A stretch of DNA of 64,000 nt from an uncultured Spirochaetota bacterium. Lineage in GTDB: Bacteria > Spirochaetota > Spirochaetia > SZUA-6 > Fen-1364. Positions within the stretch are counted from its first letter, which is position 1. Each line of letters begins with the position of its first letter. The notes below the pieces were generated by a model, which searched no databases, was not told the DNA's origin, and was given only the letters and a program-made list of their open reading frames with translations. The DNA is taken from NCBI GenBank assembly GCA_963734545.1, contig CAVTHO010000005.1, positions 608,001 to 672,000 of the forward strand, in the 5' to 3' direction. Shown here one piece after another: positions 48,631 to 59,944 of this stretch. The position numbers and the translations under genes are program-made.

Positions 48631-49767
48631 TCAGGCGTTCGAGCGGATCTTCTGCCACGTCCCCGTCTCGCACGACAACTCGGCGCAATCCATCATGAGC
48701 TGGATCTCGATGCCCCGGGTGAGGGAAGGCTCGGGCTGCGCGCCCTGCGCGATGCCGCGCAGGAAATTGTAGAGGCAGTGGGTGTGGCCGCGCAGCCAGC
48801 CGGAGGTGGCGCGGGGAGAGGGGAAGACGGCGGGGTGAGGATAGCGCTGGACGGTCGCGATCCTCTTCCAGCCGCGCGTGCCGCCGAGGGGCGCCGGGGG
48901 ATCAGAGAGGGAATAGGCCTCCAGGAAGTCGGGCTGCATCAGATCGAATCTCAGCGCGCCCCGGCTCCCGTGGATCTCCACGCGAAGGTCGTCTTCCGCG
49001 CCGGTCGCTATCTTGGACGCCTCGAGGGTGCCGACGGCGCCGGCAGCGGTCCGCACGGTCATCACCACCTGGTCCTCGGCCTCCACGCTCTCCGTGCCGC
49101 CCCGGCCATCCGGCCTGCGCGGATAGAGGATGCGCTTCTCTGCGCGAATCTCGGTGAAGGGACCTGCCAGCCAATCCACGAGGTCGATCAGGTGGGAGCC
49201 GAGGTCCCGCAGGACGCCGCCGCCTTCCGCCTTCCGCAGCTTCCACTTCACCTGCGCGTCGGGGTCCACGCTCCCCGCGTGGAGGTAGACCCCGCGGAAG
49301 CCGAGCACCGTGCCGAGGTAGCCCTCATCGATGAGCTGCCGGGCCCGCTGGATGCCGGAGAAGAACCTGTTCTGAAACGTCATCTGGCCGATGCCCGTCC
49401 AGCCGTCCATGGCGCGTTTCACCGCCGCGGCTTCCTGCAGGGTCGCCGTCAGGGGCTTGTCGCAGTAGATATGCTTGCCGGCGCGCAGGGCGGCGCAGAG
49501 CTGGTCCGCGTGCAGCGTGTTCGGGGAGCAGATGTTGACGATCTGGACGTCCGGGCGCGCGATGAGCTCCCGCCAGTCCGCGGTGGCTGATGCAAACCCG
49601 CCATGCTGCCGTGCCGCCTCCGCGCTTTCCGCCCGCGAGGTTGCCACGCACACGAGGCGCGCCGTCACGGGCGCCGGATCGTAGAAGAACGGGATGCTGC
49701 GATAGGCGAACGCGTGGACCTTGCCGATGAAGCCGTAGCCGATGATGCCCACACCCAGCGCCGTCAT
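48631..49767 (-). CDS. Gfo/Idh/MocA oxidoreductase
   Basis: GIIGYGFIG, KHIYCDKP, GGVLRDLGSH. Confidence 0.9.
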   Translation of the reverse strand: MTALGVGIIGYGFIGKVHAFAYRSIPFFYDPAPVTARLVCVATSRAESAEAARQHGGFASATADWRELIARPDVQIVNICSPNTLHADQLCAALRAGKHIYCDKPLTATLQEAAAVKRAMDGWTGIGQMTFQNRFFSGIQRARQLIDEGYLGTVLGFRGVYLHAGSVDPDAQVKWKLRKAEGGGVLRDLGSHLIDLVDWLAGPFTEIRAEKRILYPRRPDGRGGTESVEAEDQVVMTVRTAAGAVGTLEASKIATGAEDDLRVEIHGSRGALRFDLMQPDFLEAYSLSDPPAPLGGTRGWKRIATVQRYPHPAVFPSPRATSGWLRGHTHCLYNFLRGIAQGAQPEPSLTRGIEIQLMMDCAELSCETGTWQKIRSNA

Positions 49768-51316
49768 CTATACGCCCTCCAGGTAGGAGATGACCTCGGA
49801 GATCCGCACCGGCTTCGCGATGAACCCGTCGAATCCCTCCGCGAGGAACCGTTCCGCGTCGCCCTGCATTGCATAGGCGGTGAGGGCGACCATGGGCCCG
49901 CGCGCCCCCTTTTCCCGCAGCGCGCGCATGGCGTCGATGCCGTTCATGCCGGGGAGCTGGATGTCCATGAAGACGAGGTCATACGAGGGGCGCTCCGCGG
50001 CCCGGAGCGCCTCTTCTCCGCTGCCCGGCCAGCACGACCGTGCAGCCGAACGCCGTGAGTATCTTCTCCATCAGGGCGCGGTTGGCCGGGCTGTCGTCCA
50101 CCACGAGCGCCGTTTTTCCCGCCAGATCGGGGATTTCATCGGACACCGGGAGCCTTTGATCGGATGCCGGCGCGAGGACGGGCTCCGAGATTGCCGGCGC
50201 CCGGAGCCCCGGCAGGCGAACCGTGAACCGGCTCCCCTTTCCCACCTCGCTCGTGACCGAAACCGAGCCGCCGTGCAGCTCCACGAGACTCTTGACGATG
50301 GCCAGCCCCAGCCCCGTGCCCTCCCCGCGCCGCGCCAGGCGCGACTGGACGTAGGGATCGAAGATCCGGGCGAGGTCCCCGGCCGGAATGCCGATCCCCT
50401 CGTCCCAGACGGTGATCGACAATTCTCCGTCCTCCGCCTTCGCGTCCACCCCGATGCGTTTCTCCCGCTCGGTGAACTTGATGGCATTCGACAGCAGGTT
50501 GTAGAGGACCTGCTTGATCCGCACCTCGTCGGCGTCCAGCAGGCTGCGCTCCTCCGGCAGGGAGATTTCCACGCGCAGGTGCTTTTTCGCGGCGAGGGAA
50601 CGCACCGTGGTCAGCACCCGGCGGATGAGCGCGGACGGATCGAACGGCGACTTTTCCAGGTCCACCTTGCCGGCCTCCACCTTGGAGAGATCCAGGACGT
50701 CGTTCACCATGTTCAGGAGGTGCTCGCCGCCGTCACGGATCCACCGCAGATACTCGCGCTGCTTCGCCGTGAGGCTTTCGCCGCCCTGCAGCTCCAGGAG
50801 CTGGCTGAAACCGAGAATCGAGTTCAGCGGAGTACGCAGCTCGTGACTCATGTCCGCCAGGAACCGGCTCTTGGCCCTGTTTGCCGCTTCGGCGGTCGCC
50901 TTGGCCTGCCAGAGCAGCCCCTCCATGTTCTTCCTTTCGGTGATATCCTCCTTGATCGCCAGGTAGTGGGTGATGGCGCCGTCGGCATCATGAATCGCGG
51001 AGATTGCCGCCAGCTCCCAGTACAGCTCGCCATTCTTCTTCCGATTGCACAATTCCCCGCGCCATTCGCTGCCCCCCGCGATCGTCCGCCAGAGATTCGT
51101 GTACACCTCCGGCTGCTGCACCCCCGACTTGAGCAGCCGGGGATTCCTGCCGATGACCTCCTCCCGGGAGAAGCCGGTGAGCATAGAGAACTTGCGGTTC
51201 ACGTACTCGATGCTTCCCTGCGGATCGGTGATCATGACGGATGTGGGGCTTTCCTCCACGATGGCGACGAATATGCGCGGGTCAAGTCCGCGCCGCGCCT
51301 CGGCGTGCTCGTCCAT
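49768..51316 (-). CDS. PAS hybrid histidine kinase with C-terminal REC (frameshift ~50025)
   Basis: PAS, MSHELRTPL, NAIKFT, GTGLGL; REC completed in the shifted frame (MDIQLPGMNG). Confidence 0.88.
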
Positions 51317-51320
51317 CGCG

Positions 51321-52313
51321 CTACCCGACGTCGATGGGCTCCGTGAGCGCGCTCTTGAGGAGCTTCACGGCGCCGAGGACGTCCCCGTAGTCGACCATCT
51401 CGGAAGGCATGTGCACGTAGCGCGCGGGGATGGAGACGCACCCGGCCGGAACGCCCCCGCGGGTGGTCTGGACGGCGCACGCGTCGGTGGTCCCGGCGGC
51501 GAGCACTTCGCGCTGGTAGGGGATGTCCGCCGCTTCCGCCGTGCGGATCAGCCAGTCCTTCACGCCCGCGTGGGCGAGCATGCCGCCGTCCTTGATCTTG
51601 ATTGCCGGGCCCGCCCCGAGCTCGACGGCCATGGGCGCGCACTCGGGGGTGTCTCCGGTAAGGGTGACGTCCACGGCGAGCGCGATCTCGGGCTCGACGC
51701 CGTATCCCGACGTCGTGGCGCCGCGCAGTCCCACCTCCTCCTGCACGGTGAAAACGAAGAACAGGTCGTGGGGCGATTTGTCCAGCTCCTTCAGGAGCTG
51801 CAGGAGCACCGCGCACCCGATCCTGTCGTCCATGGCCTTGGACACGATCCGTGTGCCGGCAGTCTCGCAGGTCCGCTGGAAGCACGCGACGTCGCCCACC
51901 TTCACCGGGCAGTCCGCGGGACCGCGCGCGCCCACGTCGATGTAGAACTTCTCCATGGGCGGAATCCGGGACGCGTCCTCGACCTTCTCCAGGCCGATGA
52001 CGCCGATGGTGCCATCGGCAAACCGCACCCTGCCGCCCATGAGGGGAAGCAGGCGCACGCCCCCGACGTTCCCGAAACGCAGGAAGCCCCTCTGGTCGAC
52101 GTGCGTGACCACCACGCCGATCTCGTCCATGTGGGCGGCCAGCATGACGCGGCGTCCGCCGCCCGTACCTTTCCTGTGCGCGATCAGGCTGCCCATGGCA
52201 TCCACGCGCGTCTCGATTCCCTTCGGGATTTCCGCCCGCACCAGCTCGCGCACGCCGGACTCGTAGCCGGAGGGGCCGAAGCATTCCGCCAGCTTCCTGA
52301 TGAGGTCGTGCAC
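51321..52313 (-). CDS. M42 family aminopeptidase
   Basis: AHMDEIG, KAMDDR, QEEVG, RYVH. Confidence 0.92.
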   Translation of the reverse strand: MHDLIRKLAECFGPSGYESGVRELVRAEIPKGIETRVDAMGSLIAHRKGTGGGRRVMLAAHMDEIGVVVTHVDQRGFLRFGNVGGVRLLPLMGGRVRFADGTIGVIGLEKVEDASRIPPMEKFYIDVGARGPADCPVKVGDVACFQRTCETAGTRIVSKAMDDRIGCAVLLQLLKELDKSPHDLFFVFTVQEEVGLRGATTSGYGVEPEIALAVDVTLTGDTPECAPMAVELGAGPAIKIKDGGMLAHAGVKDWLIRTAEAADIPYQREVLAAGTTDACAVQTTRGGVPAGCVSIPARYVHMPSEMVDYGDVLGAVKLLKSALTEPIDVG

Positions 52314-52323
52314 GTGTCCCTCC

Positions 52324-53364
52324 TTACGCCCTCAGCGCCTCGGGCAGACGCAGGAGCGCCTCCCGCGCGAGCGTGACCGCGTTGTCGAAATCCCCGAGCT
52401 CCATGATGGCCGCGGGGGAATGGATATAGCGCGCCGGCACCGAGAGGGTGATCGACGCCACGCCCTCCCGCACCCGCTGGATGGCTCCCGCATCCGTGCC
52501 GCCGATATTCGGCTGCTTGTACTGGTGCGGGATGCCCAGGGAGCGCGCAACGGCGCCGAAGTGCTCCACCAGCCGCGGATCGGCGATGAAGCTGTTGTCC
52601 CTGATCGTGATGGCCGGGCCCCGCCCCAGCCTCGTCGAAGGACTGATGTCCTGCTTGGCGGGCACCTCGTTCGCGCCGGTGCATTCCAGCACCACCGCGA
52701 CCTCGGGGCTTTCCGCAAAGGCGGCCACACGGGCCCCCCGGAGGCCCACTTCTTCCTGCACGGTGAATGCCGCGGAGAGGTCGAACGGGAAGCTCTCCTT
52801 CAGCAGCTCGGCCAGTATTGCGCAGCCGGCCCGATCGTCGAACGCCTTCCCCTGCACGGTGCGCCAGCCCGAGCCGGGCCCGGCGAGCACGCGGAACTCC
52901 GTGGCGAACACGGCGCAGTCCCCCCGCTGCACGAGCTTCTCCGCCTCCGCTCTGCCCGTGGCGCCGATGTCGATGGCGAGCTGCTTCCACTCGATCACCT
53001 TGTCCCGCTCTCCCTTCTCCGTCAGGTGGACCGGCTTGATGCCGATCACCCCGGGAACGCGTTTTGGCCCGACCAGTACGGCGCGCGCGGGAAGCACGCG
53101 GTCGTCGATGCCGCCGACCTTGGCAAAGCGCAGAAGCCCGTTGTCCTCGACCTGGGTGATCATGAGACCGACCTCGTCCATGTGCGCGGCGGCCAGCACC
53201 CGGAGCTTTGATCTGCCCGAGCCCTTCTTGCGCGCAATGAGATTGCCCACCGCATCGACGCGGCACTCCTCCACACGGCCGCGAATCTCCTCGAGAATGA
53301 TCGCGCGGACTTCCTCCTCGTGGCCCGACACGCCGTGCGCCTCCGAGAGCCGCTGCAGGATCAT
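52324..53364 (-). CDS. M42 family aminopeptidase
   Basis: AHMDEVG, KAFDDR, QEEVG, RYIH. Confidence 0.92.
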   Translation of the reverse strand: MILQRLSEAHGVSGHEEEVRAIILEEIRGRVEECRVDAVGNLIARKKGSGRSKLRVLAAAHMDEVGLMITQVEDNGLLRFAKVGGIDDRVLPARAVLVGPKRVPGVIGIKPVHLTEKGERDKVIEWKQLAIDIGATGRAEAEKLVQRGDCAVFATEFRVLAGPGSGWRTVQGKAFDDRAGCAILAELLKESFPFDLSAAFTVQEEVGLRGARVAAFAESPEVAVVLECTGANEVPAKQDISPSTRLGRGPAITIRDNSFIADPRLVEHFGAVARSLGIPHQYKQPNIGGTDAGAIQRVREGVASITLSVPARYIHSPAAIMELGDFDNAVTLAREALLRLPEALRA

Positions 53365-54477
53365 GCGGCCGGGCCCCCCGGCGCAGGAGCGGCGCGCCGC
53401 GGACAGCGCGTCACGGGTCACCAGGGTGTCCGCAAAGCCCGGCTCGAGCCGGCAGATGAACTCCGCAAGGAGCTTCGCGGTCGCGCTCCACGTCCCTCAG
53501 GCACACCGTCTCCACCGGCGTGTGCATGGAGCGCACCGGGATGCTGAGAAGGCCGCAGGGCACCCCTTCCCGGCTCGACCTGGATGGCCCATGCGTCCGT
53601 GCCGCTCGCCCCGGAGATGGCTTCCACCTGGCAGGGAAGCTCCATGGCCCGTGCCGTTGCCGCGAGGCGTTCGTGTATCACGGGATGGAAGTTGGGACCC
53701 AATGCGATGCTGGGACCGGCATCCATCTTCACCGCTTCGGCGGTCGAAAGCCCCGGCTGCATGCCGAACGTGACATCTATGGCAATGGCGAGCGTGGGTT
53801 GTATGCTGAATGCCCCCGCGACCGCCCCGACGCCGCCCACCTCTTCCTGGACGGTGGCCACTGCGTACACGTCCCAGTCGTGCCTGCGCCGGGAGAGCTC
53901 CTCCAGGCACAGTATGAGCACTGCCACCGCCGCCCGGTCGTCCATTGATTTGCAGGCCGCGTATCCGCCGGCAAGCGGCATCCAGCGGCCGCGCAGCGTC
54001 ACGACGTCCCCGACGCGCACGGCAGCTTCCACTTCCTCCGGCGGAAGACCCACGTCGACGAAGAGCTTCTCCAGCGGAACCGGTCTTCTCCCTTTCGGCG
54101 GGATCGGTAAAATGCGGCGGCACGCTCACGACGAGGCCGGGAAGCTCGCGCGTTCCGTGCACGACCACCTCCTGGCCGAAGAGGACACGGGCGTCGAACC
54201 CGCCGATCTGCACGACCCTCAGGAACCCCTTCTCCACCTTGGCAACCATGAGGGCGATCTCATCCATGTGACCCGCAAGCATCAGGGAAACGCGCGCGTC
54301 CCCTGTGTCCGTCCGTCCGGTTCCCCTGCGCAGGGCAATGAGGTTGCCCACCGGGTCCACCCGTACCTCGTCCGCATGCTGCTCGAAACGCTTCCTGACG
54401 AGCGCGCGCACCTCGGCCTCGTATCCCGAAGGACCGCGGGCTTCTGTAAGCTCTCTCACCAGGCTGGCGGCTTCCAT
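53361..54477 (-). CDS. M42 family aminopeptidase (several frameshifts; 3' end approximate)
   Basis: GHMDEIA, KSMDDR, QEEVG, GTDAW, distributed over three frames. Confidence 0.8.
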
Positions 54478-54512
54478 GGCAGAAGGATAGCAGGGGTGCG
54501 TGGCTTGGTAAA
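54478..54512 (-). promoter_or_regulatory. sigma-70 promoter, leaderless
   Basis: TTTACC-17bp(TGc)-TATCCT-6bp-ATG with no SD. Confidence 0.6.
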
Positions 54513-54537
54513 GAACTGACGCTTTCTCCCCGCGGGA

Positions 54538-55731
54538 TCAGGCTTCAATCGGAGCGGAGGAGGGCAGCAGCCGTTTCCCGAATGCGGCCAGGATGCCAAT
54601 GCCTGCAATCGGGACCGCGGCGTATGCAAGGAAAAGCACGACGAACCCGTGCGACTCGAGAATGTATCCCCCGGCAACGCTTCCGAGAAACGAGGGCAGG
54701 CCGATACCCACGGCGTTGTAGATCGCCATGCCCGTTCCTCTCCGGTCATGTCGGATCTTGAGGTTCACGTACGCGACCGCGGAGGTGTGGAACGTGCCGA
54801 ATGTGAACGCGTGGAGGACCTGGGCGAGGCACACGACAAGGAGTGACGGGGCAATGACGAACAGCCCGAGACGCGTGCTGATGGCGGCAAGGGAGACCGC
54901 GAGCAGAACGCGCAGTCCCCACCGCCGGATGAGCGCTCCGGAGAACCACATCGTGGCGATCTCGGCGACCGAGCCGATGGCCCAGAAGATGCTCACACCC
55001 GTCCCGGGGAAGGCCTGCTGGAGGTACAGGGAAAAGAAGGAATAGTAGGCACCGATCCCGAACCTGCCCAGAAAGATGACGGCCATGATTGCCCAGAACT
55101 TTCCGTCGAACCCGTCATAGACGTGCGGCCGCGCATGCTCCCCTGTCGGAGCGTCTCGTGCCTTCCCTGGATCCGTTCTCGGGCTGGAGGGGAGCGTTCC
55201 GACGACCAGCGCCGCGCAGAGCGCCGTGACGACGAACGCGAGCAGGATGGGCAGGGAAGACTCCCCCGTGACGAGGCCGGTAAGCTGGAAGAGCAGGGAC
55301 ACCGCGATAAAGCCCACGCTCCCCGCCACTCGAAACTTGCCGTATTGCCGCGCCGGATCAGGGAGGGTCCTGCTCACAAGGGAATCCAGCAGCGGAATCG
55401 TGGCACGGAAGGTGAATCCCATCACGATGACGCAAGCGACGTACAGAACGAAGCGCGTGGAGATCTCCATGGGGATGAAAGCGACGATGGGAATCAGGAT
55501 ACAGGCCGCCAACAGCGCCTTGTACGAAGAGCTCCTGTCAGCCACCCGGCCCAGGAGGATGGGCCCGGCAAGACCCGCAATCTCGAGACAGCCGAGAAGC
55601 AGCCCGATGCGCGAGGCAGACATGCCGCGCGCCTTCAGGTAGAGCTGGAGATAGGGCGCGAGTATCCCGTAGCAGACGAAGAGGAAGAAGTAGTTCGCCA
55701 GGAATGAAACGCGGACCGGACGGGACGGCAT
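54538..55731 (-). CDS. MFS transporter (HcaT/MFS_1-like)
   Basis: PYLQLYL, YGKFRVAGSVGF, QVLHAFTFGTFH. Confidence 0.87.
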   Translation of the reverse strand: MPSRPVRVSFLANYFFLFVCYGILAPYLQLYLKARGMSASRIGLLLGCLEIAGLAGPILLGRVADRSSSYKALLAACILIPIVAFIPMEISTRFVLYVACVIVMGFTFRATIPLLDSLVSRTLPDPARQYGKFRVAGSVGFIAVSLLFQLTGLVTGESSLPILLAFVVTALCAALVVGTLPSSPRTDPGKARDAPTGEHARPHVYDGFDGKFWAIMAVIFLGRFGIGAYYSFFSLYLQQAFPGTGVSIFWAIGSVAEIATMWFSGALIRRWGLRVLLAVSLAAISTRLGLFVIAPSLLVVCLAQVLHAFTFGTFHTSAVAYVNLKIRHDRRGTGMAIYNAVGIGLPSFLGSVAGGYILESHGFVVLFLAYAAVPIAGIGILAAFGKRLLPSSAPIEA

Positions 55732-55787
55732 GGAGCGCACACTGTAGCAGAACGCCCCCGCCGGGTCGAGTGGGCCGGGGAGAACGG

Positions 55788-55813
55788 CCGGCCCCAGGCA
55801 GTGCCGGGGCCGG
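55788..55813 (-). terminator. GC-rich stem-loop downstream of the OMP gene
   Basis: CCGGCCCC-AGGCAGTGCC-GGGGCCGG inverted repeat, no clear U tract. Confidence 0.45.
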
Positions 55814-55823
55814 ACCACACGCA

Positions 55824-56829
55824 TTAGAATACTATTCGGAGGTTGACTGCGCCGCCGAATGCGCCGGTTGAGAAATCATATCCGCCGCCAAGATCGAGAT
55901 AAAGAATGAAAAGGTTGAACGAGACTCCTCCGAATGCGCGGAAGTCGAATCCGGTCCCGTTGGCCGCGTTCGCGGTGATACCGGTGGTCGAGAAGTCGGG
56001 AGGCGTTTGTCCCAAACCCTCGTAGTATGCCTTGATATCGGCGATCTGCTGCGCCGTGATCGGAGTGCCATCGAACTTGAGCTGCGATGTGACGCTGCCG
56101 CTCGCGGATGTGCCAAAGGAGAGGGCCGCGCCAACACCGAGATACGGCGTGATGAACAGGAGCTTCTTGCTTATCTGCGCCTTCAGCTCGATGACGTTCG
56201 TGCTCCAGTCAAGGCCGAAGTCGGGATTTGCAAGAGTAAGCGTATGAGGGCCACCTCCATCGTTGACCTGCGCAATCGTGATGTCGCTTCCCAGGAATCC
56301 GGGCACTCCGACGCTTGCCTTCATGTGATTGTAGCCAAGACCAACGGACAAGGCGGGCGTGAATCCTTCGTCCTTGAGCAGACCGTAGCGGACGTCTATT
56401 CCAAACAGGATGTAGTCGACGTCGACGGTCGGAAAAGTGCCCGGCGGGATATAGCCCAGCTTCAGTCCGATGTCGAACGGCAAAACGAAGCCGCCGATAC
56501 GCGCGTCGATGGTGTAGCCCGGGAAGAGGCAAGCCGTACTTGCTGGCGTAGCTGAAGTCAGAGGGAAGCGTTACGCCCATTGCGTCCGCAAGGGTTTGCA
56601 CGGCCCCGGCTGAAATCGTGGTCACGCCTGCAGTAATCCCCAGGCCGAAGTGGGGGAATTGACCGATATATGCCTGCGACCACCCGAGACCGGTAGACGA
56701 ACTGAAGGGCGTACCGTTGGCGAGGTCCTGCGCAAACTCGTTGAACCCGCTCTGGAAGGTGGTGTAGTCGACAGCGAATACGCTTGTTGCTGCGAGGAGA
56801 ACAATTATGACAAGGAATGCTCTTTTCAT
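55824..56829 (-). CDS. Putative outer-membrane protein (frameshift ~56520)
   Basis: Signal peptide MKRAFLVIIVLLAATSVFA, AYIGQFPHFGLG, C-terminal beta-signal VNLRIVF. Confidence 0.65.
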
Positions 56830-56849
56830 TTTCAGCTCCTTCAACCGCA

Positions 56850-56878
56850 ATGATAGCCGTCTTGAGGGCGTTTATCAA
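56850..56878 (-). promoter_or_regulatory. sigma-70 promoter
   Basis: TTGATA-17bp-TATCAT followed by AAGGAG SD. Confidence 0.6.
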
Positions 56879-56892
56879 ATCTGGAAAATGGT

Positions 56893-57864
56893 CTACCGCC
56901 CGCCTGCTGCCCGGGACAGCTCGTCTATCCGCGCGAGCTCCTTCTCCGCAAGACGGACGGCCATCGAACCCGCGCTCTGTTCTGCCTGCGCGGTCTTCGT
57001 GGCACCGGGAATCGCCACAACCGTCTCTCCATGAAAGCCCACCGTCCAGGCGAGCGCAACCTGGGCAGGACTGATCCCGTGGGCGCGGGCGATCAATCGC
57101 AGCTCGTCGATGAGCGGACGCGAGCGGGCCAGACCTGACGGGCCGAGCCGTCCCATCATCTTCCGCATGGGTGACAGCTTCTGCACGAGGGACGGATCCT
57201 CGTGGAACCTTCCGGTGAGCACGCCCTGGGCAAGCGGTGACCAGGCGATAAGAGTGATTCCGAGCCGCTTCGCGGCTTCCAGAAGGCCGTTCCGCTCGAT
57301 GCCCCTGTCCAGGAGGTTGAACCGGATCTGGTTGGACGCAAGCACGATCCCTTCCGAGGCCAGCGCCGTGTGGGCGCGTTCCATCTGTCGGGCCGAGAAA
57401 TTGCTCACGCCGACCGAGCGGATCTTTCCGGCCCTCAGCAGCTCTGCCATTTCCTTCATCTGCGCGGGGATGGGGGAATAGCTCCATGGCTGGTGGATCT
57501 GGTAGAGGTCGATTGGATAGGAGTCGAGGCAGGCAATCCGTGTCTCTATCGTGGCGGGGATGGAGCGCGCTGTGCGGAACATCGGGAACCACTTGGTGGC
57601 GACCACGACGCTCCCCGGCTTCACCGCGAGCTTTGAAAGGGCGGCGGAAAGCATCTTCTCGGACCTGCCGCTGCCATACGCCTCCGCCGTGTCGAACCAG
57701 TTCACTCCGCCCTTGAGTGCCGTGTCGATGATGGCCGTGATCGTTTCCTGGGGAACGGTGTCCCAGACCCGGGACATCCAGTTGGCGCCCTGGGAGAACT
57801 GCCAGCACCCCAGACCGATCGGGGTGATCTCGATGTCGGTCCTGCCGAGCCTTCGCTTCTGCAT
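56893..57864 (-). CDS. Aldo/keto reductase
   Basis: IGLGCWQF, FDTAEAYG, IDLYQIH, GVSNF, WSPLAQG. Confidence 0.92.
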   Translation of the reverse strand: MQKRRLGRTDIEITPIGLGCWQFSQGANWMSRVWDTVPQETITAIIDTALKGGVNWFDTAEAYGSGRSEKMLSAALSKLAVKPGSVVVATKWFPMFRTARSIPATIETRIACLDSYPIDLYQIHQPWSYSPIPAQMKEMAELLRAGKIRSVGVSNFSARQMERAHTALASEGIVLASNQIRFNLLDRGIERNGLLEAAKRLGITLIAWSPLAQGVLTGRFHEDPSLVQKLSPMRKMMGRLGPSGLARSRPLIDELRLIARAHGISPAQVALAWTVGFHGETVVAIPGATKTAQAEQSAGSMAVRLAEKELARIDELSRAAGGR

Positions 57865-57875
57865 GAGGTCTCCTC

Positions 57876-58854
57876 TCAATCCAATATACACGCGGAGAGA
57901 TGTCCGGGAGAAATCTCGCGCAGCGGCGGCCGCGCTTCGCGGCACTTCGGCATTGCGTAAGGGCATCGGGGGTGGAAGTGGCAGCCGGCAGGCGGATTGA
58001 TGGCGCTGGGGATCTCTCCCTTCGGCAGGTGCTTGTCGCGGCGCGCCGTGGGGTCGGGAACCGGCACCGCGGCCAGGAGCGCCTTGGTGTAGGGGTGGTG
58101 CGGGCTGCCGAAGAGCTCGTCGCGGGACGCCAGCTCCACGATCCTTCCGAGGTACATGACCGCGATCCTGTCGCAGAGGTATTTCGCGGTTGCCAGGTCA
58201 TGAGTGATGAACAGGTAGGTGAGGCCCATGTCCCGCTTGAGCTGGCGCATGAGCTGGAGGATCAACGCGCGCACCGAGACATCCGCCATGGCGATGGGTT
58301 CATCGGCCACGAGAAAATCCGGCCGGGTGACGAGCGCCCGGGCCAGCACGACCCTCTGGCTCTGGCCGCCAGAGAGCTGGTGGGGGTACTTGCGGTAGAG
58401 GAAGGCGGCCGGGGACAGCCCCACTTTTTCCATGAGGTCGAGCACCTTCTCCTTTCGTTCAGAAGGGGTGCCGATGCCGTGGATCTGCAGGGGATGCGTG
58501 ATGGCCTGGCCGACGCTCATGCGCGGGCTCAGGGAGGAGTTGGGGTCCTGAAACACGATCTGGGCCTTGGCCCGAAGCTGTTCCAGCTCGCGCCGCGAAT
58601 AGCTCGTGATTTCCCTTCCGCGGTACTCCACGTGCCCCGAGGTGGGTTCGATCAGACGGAGGAGCAGCCTCCCCGTGGTCGATTTGCCGGAGCCGCTTTC
58701 TCCCGCAAGACCGAGCACTTCCCCTTCTTCGATGGAGAAGCTCACCTTGTCCACGGCGTGGACGCTGTGCCGCGTGGGGGAGAGAAGGTCGAAGAGGCTT
58801 CGGCGGAGCGGGAACTCCTTGACCAGATTCATTTGCCCTCACGAGGATCGCCAT
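57876..58854 (-). CDS. Peptide ABC transporter ATP-binding subunit (OppF/DppF-like; frameshift near start)
   Basis: GESGSGKST, LSGGQSQR, HPYTKALL, GCHFHPRC. Confidence 0.9.
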
Positions 58855-58856
58855 GG

Positions 58857-59944
58857 TCAGTCCTTCCCCCGAGACGCCCCGGCCGCTTGAGAGGGTGCGG
58901 CATCCCCTTGAGACGCTACTGCGTCCCCTTGAGACGCTACCGCGTCCCCTTGAGACGCTACTGCGTCCTCCCTGCCGTAGAGCCAGCAGGCGGCGGCGTG
59001 CGCGGGCGCGTGCTCCAGGAGCGGGGGCGTCTTCTCCGTGCAGATGGACATGACCTTCGGGCACCGGGGGGCGAATCTGCAGCCCTTCGGAGGGTCCACC
59101 AGGTCGGGCGGGCTGCCCTGCATGGTCACCAGCTCTTTCTGGTCGAGCAGGATGTTCGGCACGCAGTCGATGAGGCCCTGCGTGTAGGGGTGGAGCGGCC
59201 GCGCAAAAATATCCGTGCTGGAGGCGACCTCCATCAACCGGCCGGCGTACATCACGGCGATCCTGTCGGCGATTTCCGCAACGAGGCCCAGGTTGTGGGT
59301 GATGAGGATGATGGAGAGCTTGTAGAGCTTGCGCAGGGCGGCGAGCAGCTCGGTGAATCCTGCCTCCACGATCACGTCGAGGGAGGTGGTGGGCTCGTCC
59401 GCAATGAGGATGTCGGGGTTCATGATCAGCGCCAGGCCGATCATGATTCTCTGCCGCATTCCCCCGGAGAGCTGGTGGGGGTATTCCTTCAGCCTCTTTT
59501 CCTCGATGCCCAGCGTCTGCAGCATCTTCGCCACGGCCGCCAGCGCCGCGTGTTTCTCCATTGCGGGATCGTGGTAGTGGATGGTCTCCAGAAAATGCCC
59601 CTCGACGGTGATGAGCGGGTTCAGCGAAGTGAGCGGATTCTGAAAGATCATGGAGATATTCTGGCCGCGCAGCTTCAGGAGGGAGCGATCGTTCAGGGTG
59701 AGGATGTCGGTGTCCCGATACAGGATCCTTCCCTCCGTCACTTTCCCGGGGGGACGAAGGAGCTTGAGAATGGAGAGGCCGAGAGTGGACTTCCCGCAGC
59801 CCGATTCTCCCACCAGGCCCAGCGCCTCGCCGTCCGCGAGCGTGAAGGAGACGTCCTCCACGGCGCGCACCACGCCGATGGAGATCGGGTAGGTGATGGA
59901 AAGGTGCTGGACCTCGAGGATGGTCTTTTCCGCCGGGCACTCAT
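58857..59944 (-). CDS. Peptide ABC transporter ATP-binding subunit (OppD/DppD-like; frameshift near start)
   Basis: [29 protein letters not shown]. Confidence 0.9.
58900..58968. repeat. 3 x 21-bp tandem repeat in the OppD C-terminus
   Basis: GC(G/A)TCCCCTTGAGACGCTAC(T/C) three times, encoding DAVASQG x3, with internal GCGTC...GACGC hairpin. Confidence 0.9.

Noticed and set aside
52324-53500. Apparent fusion of two M42 peptidases
   Set aside because: An ATGA overlap at 53361-53364 and nearby indels indicate two genes.
58900-58968. Short repeat arrays as mini-CRISPR
   Set aside because: Head-to-tail units without unique spacers and no cas genes.
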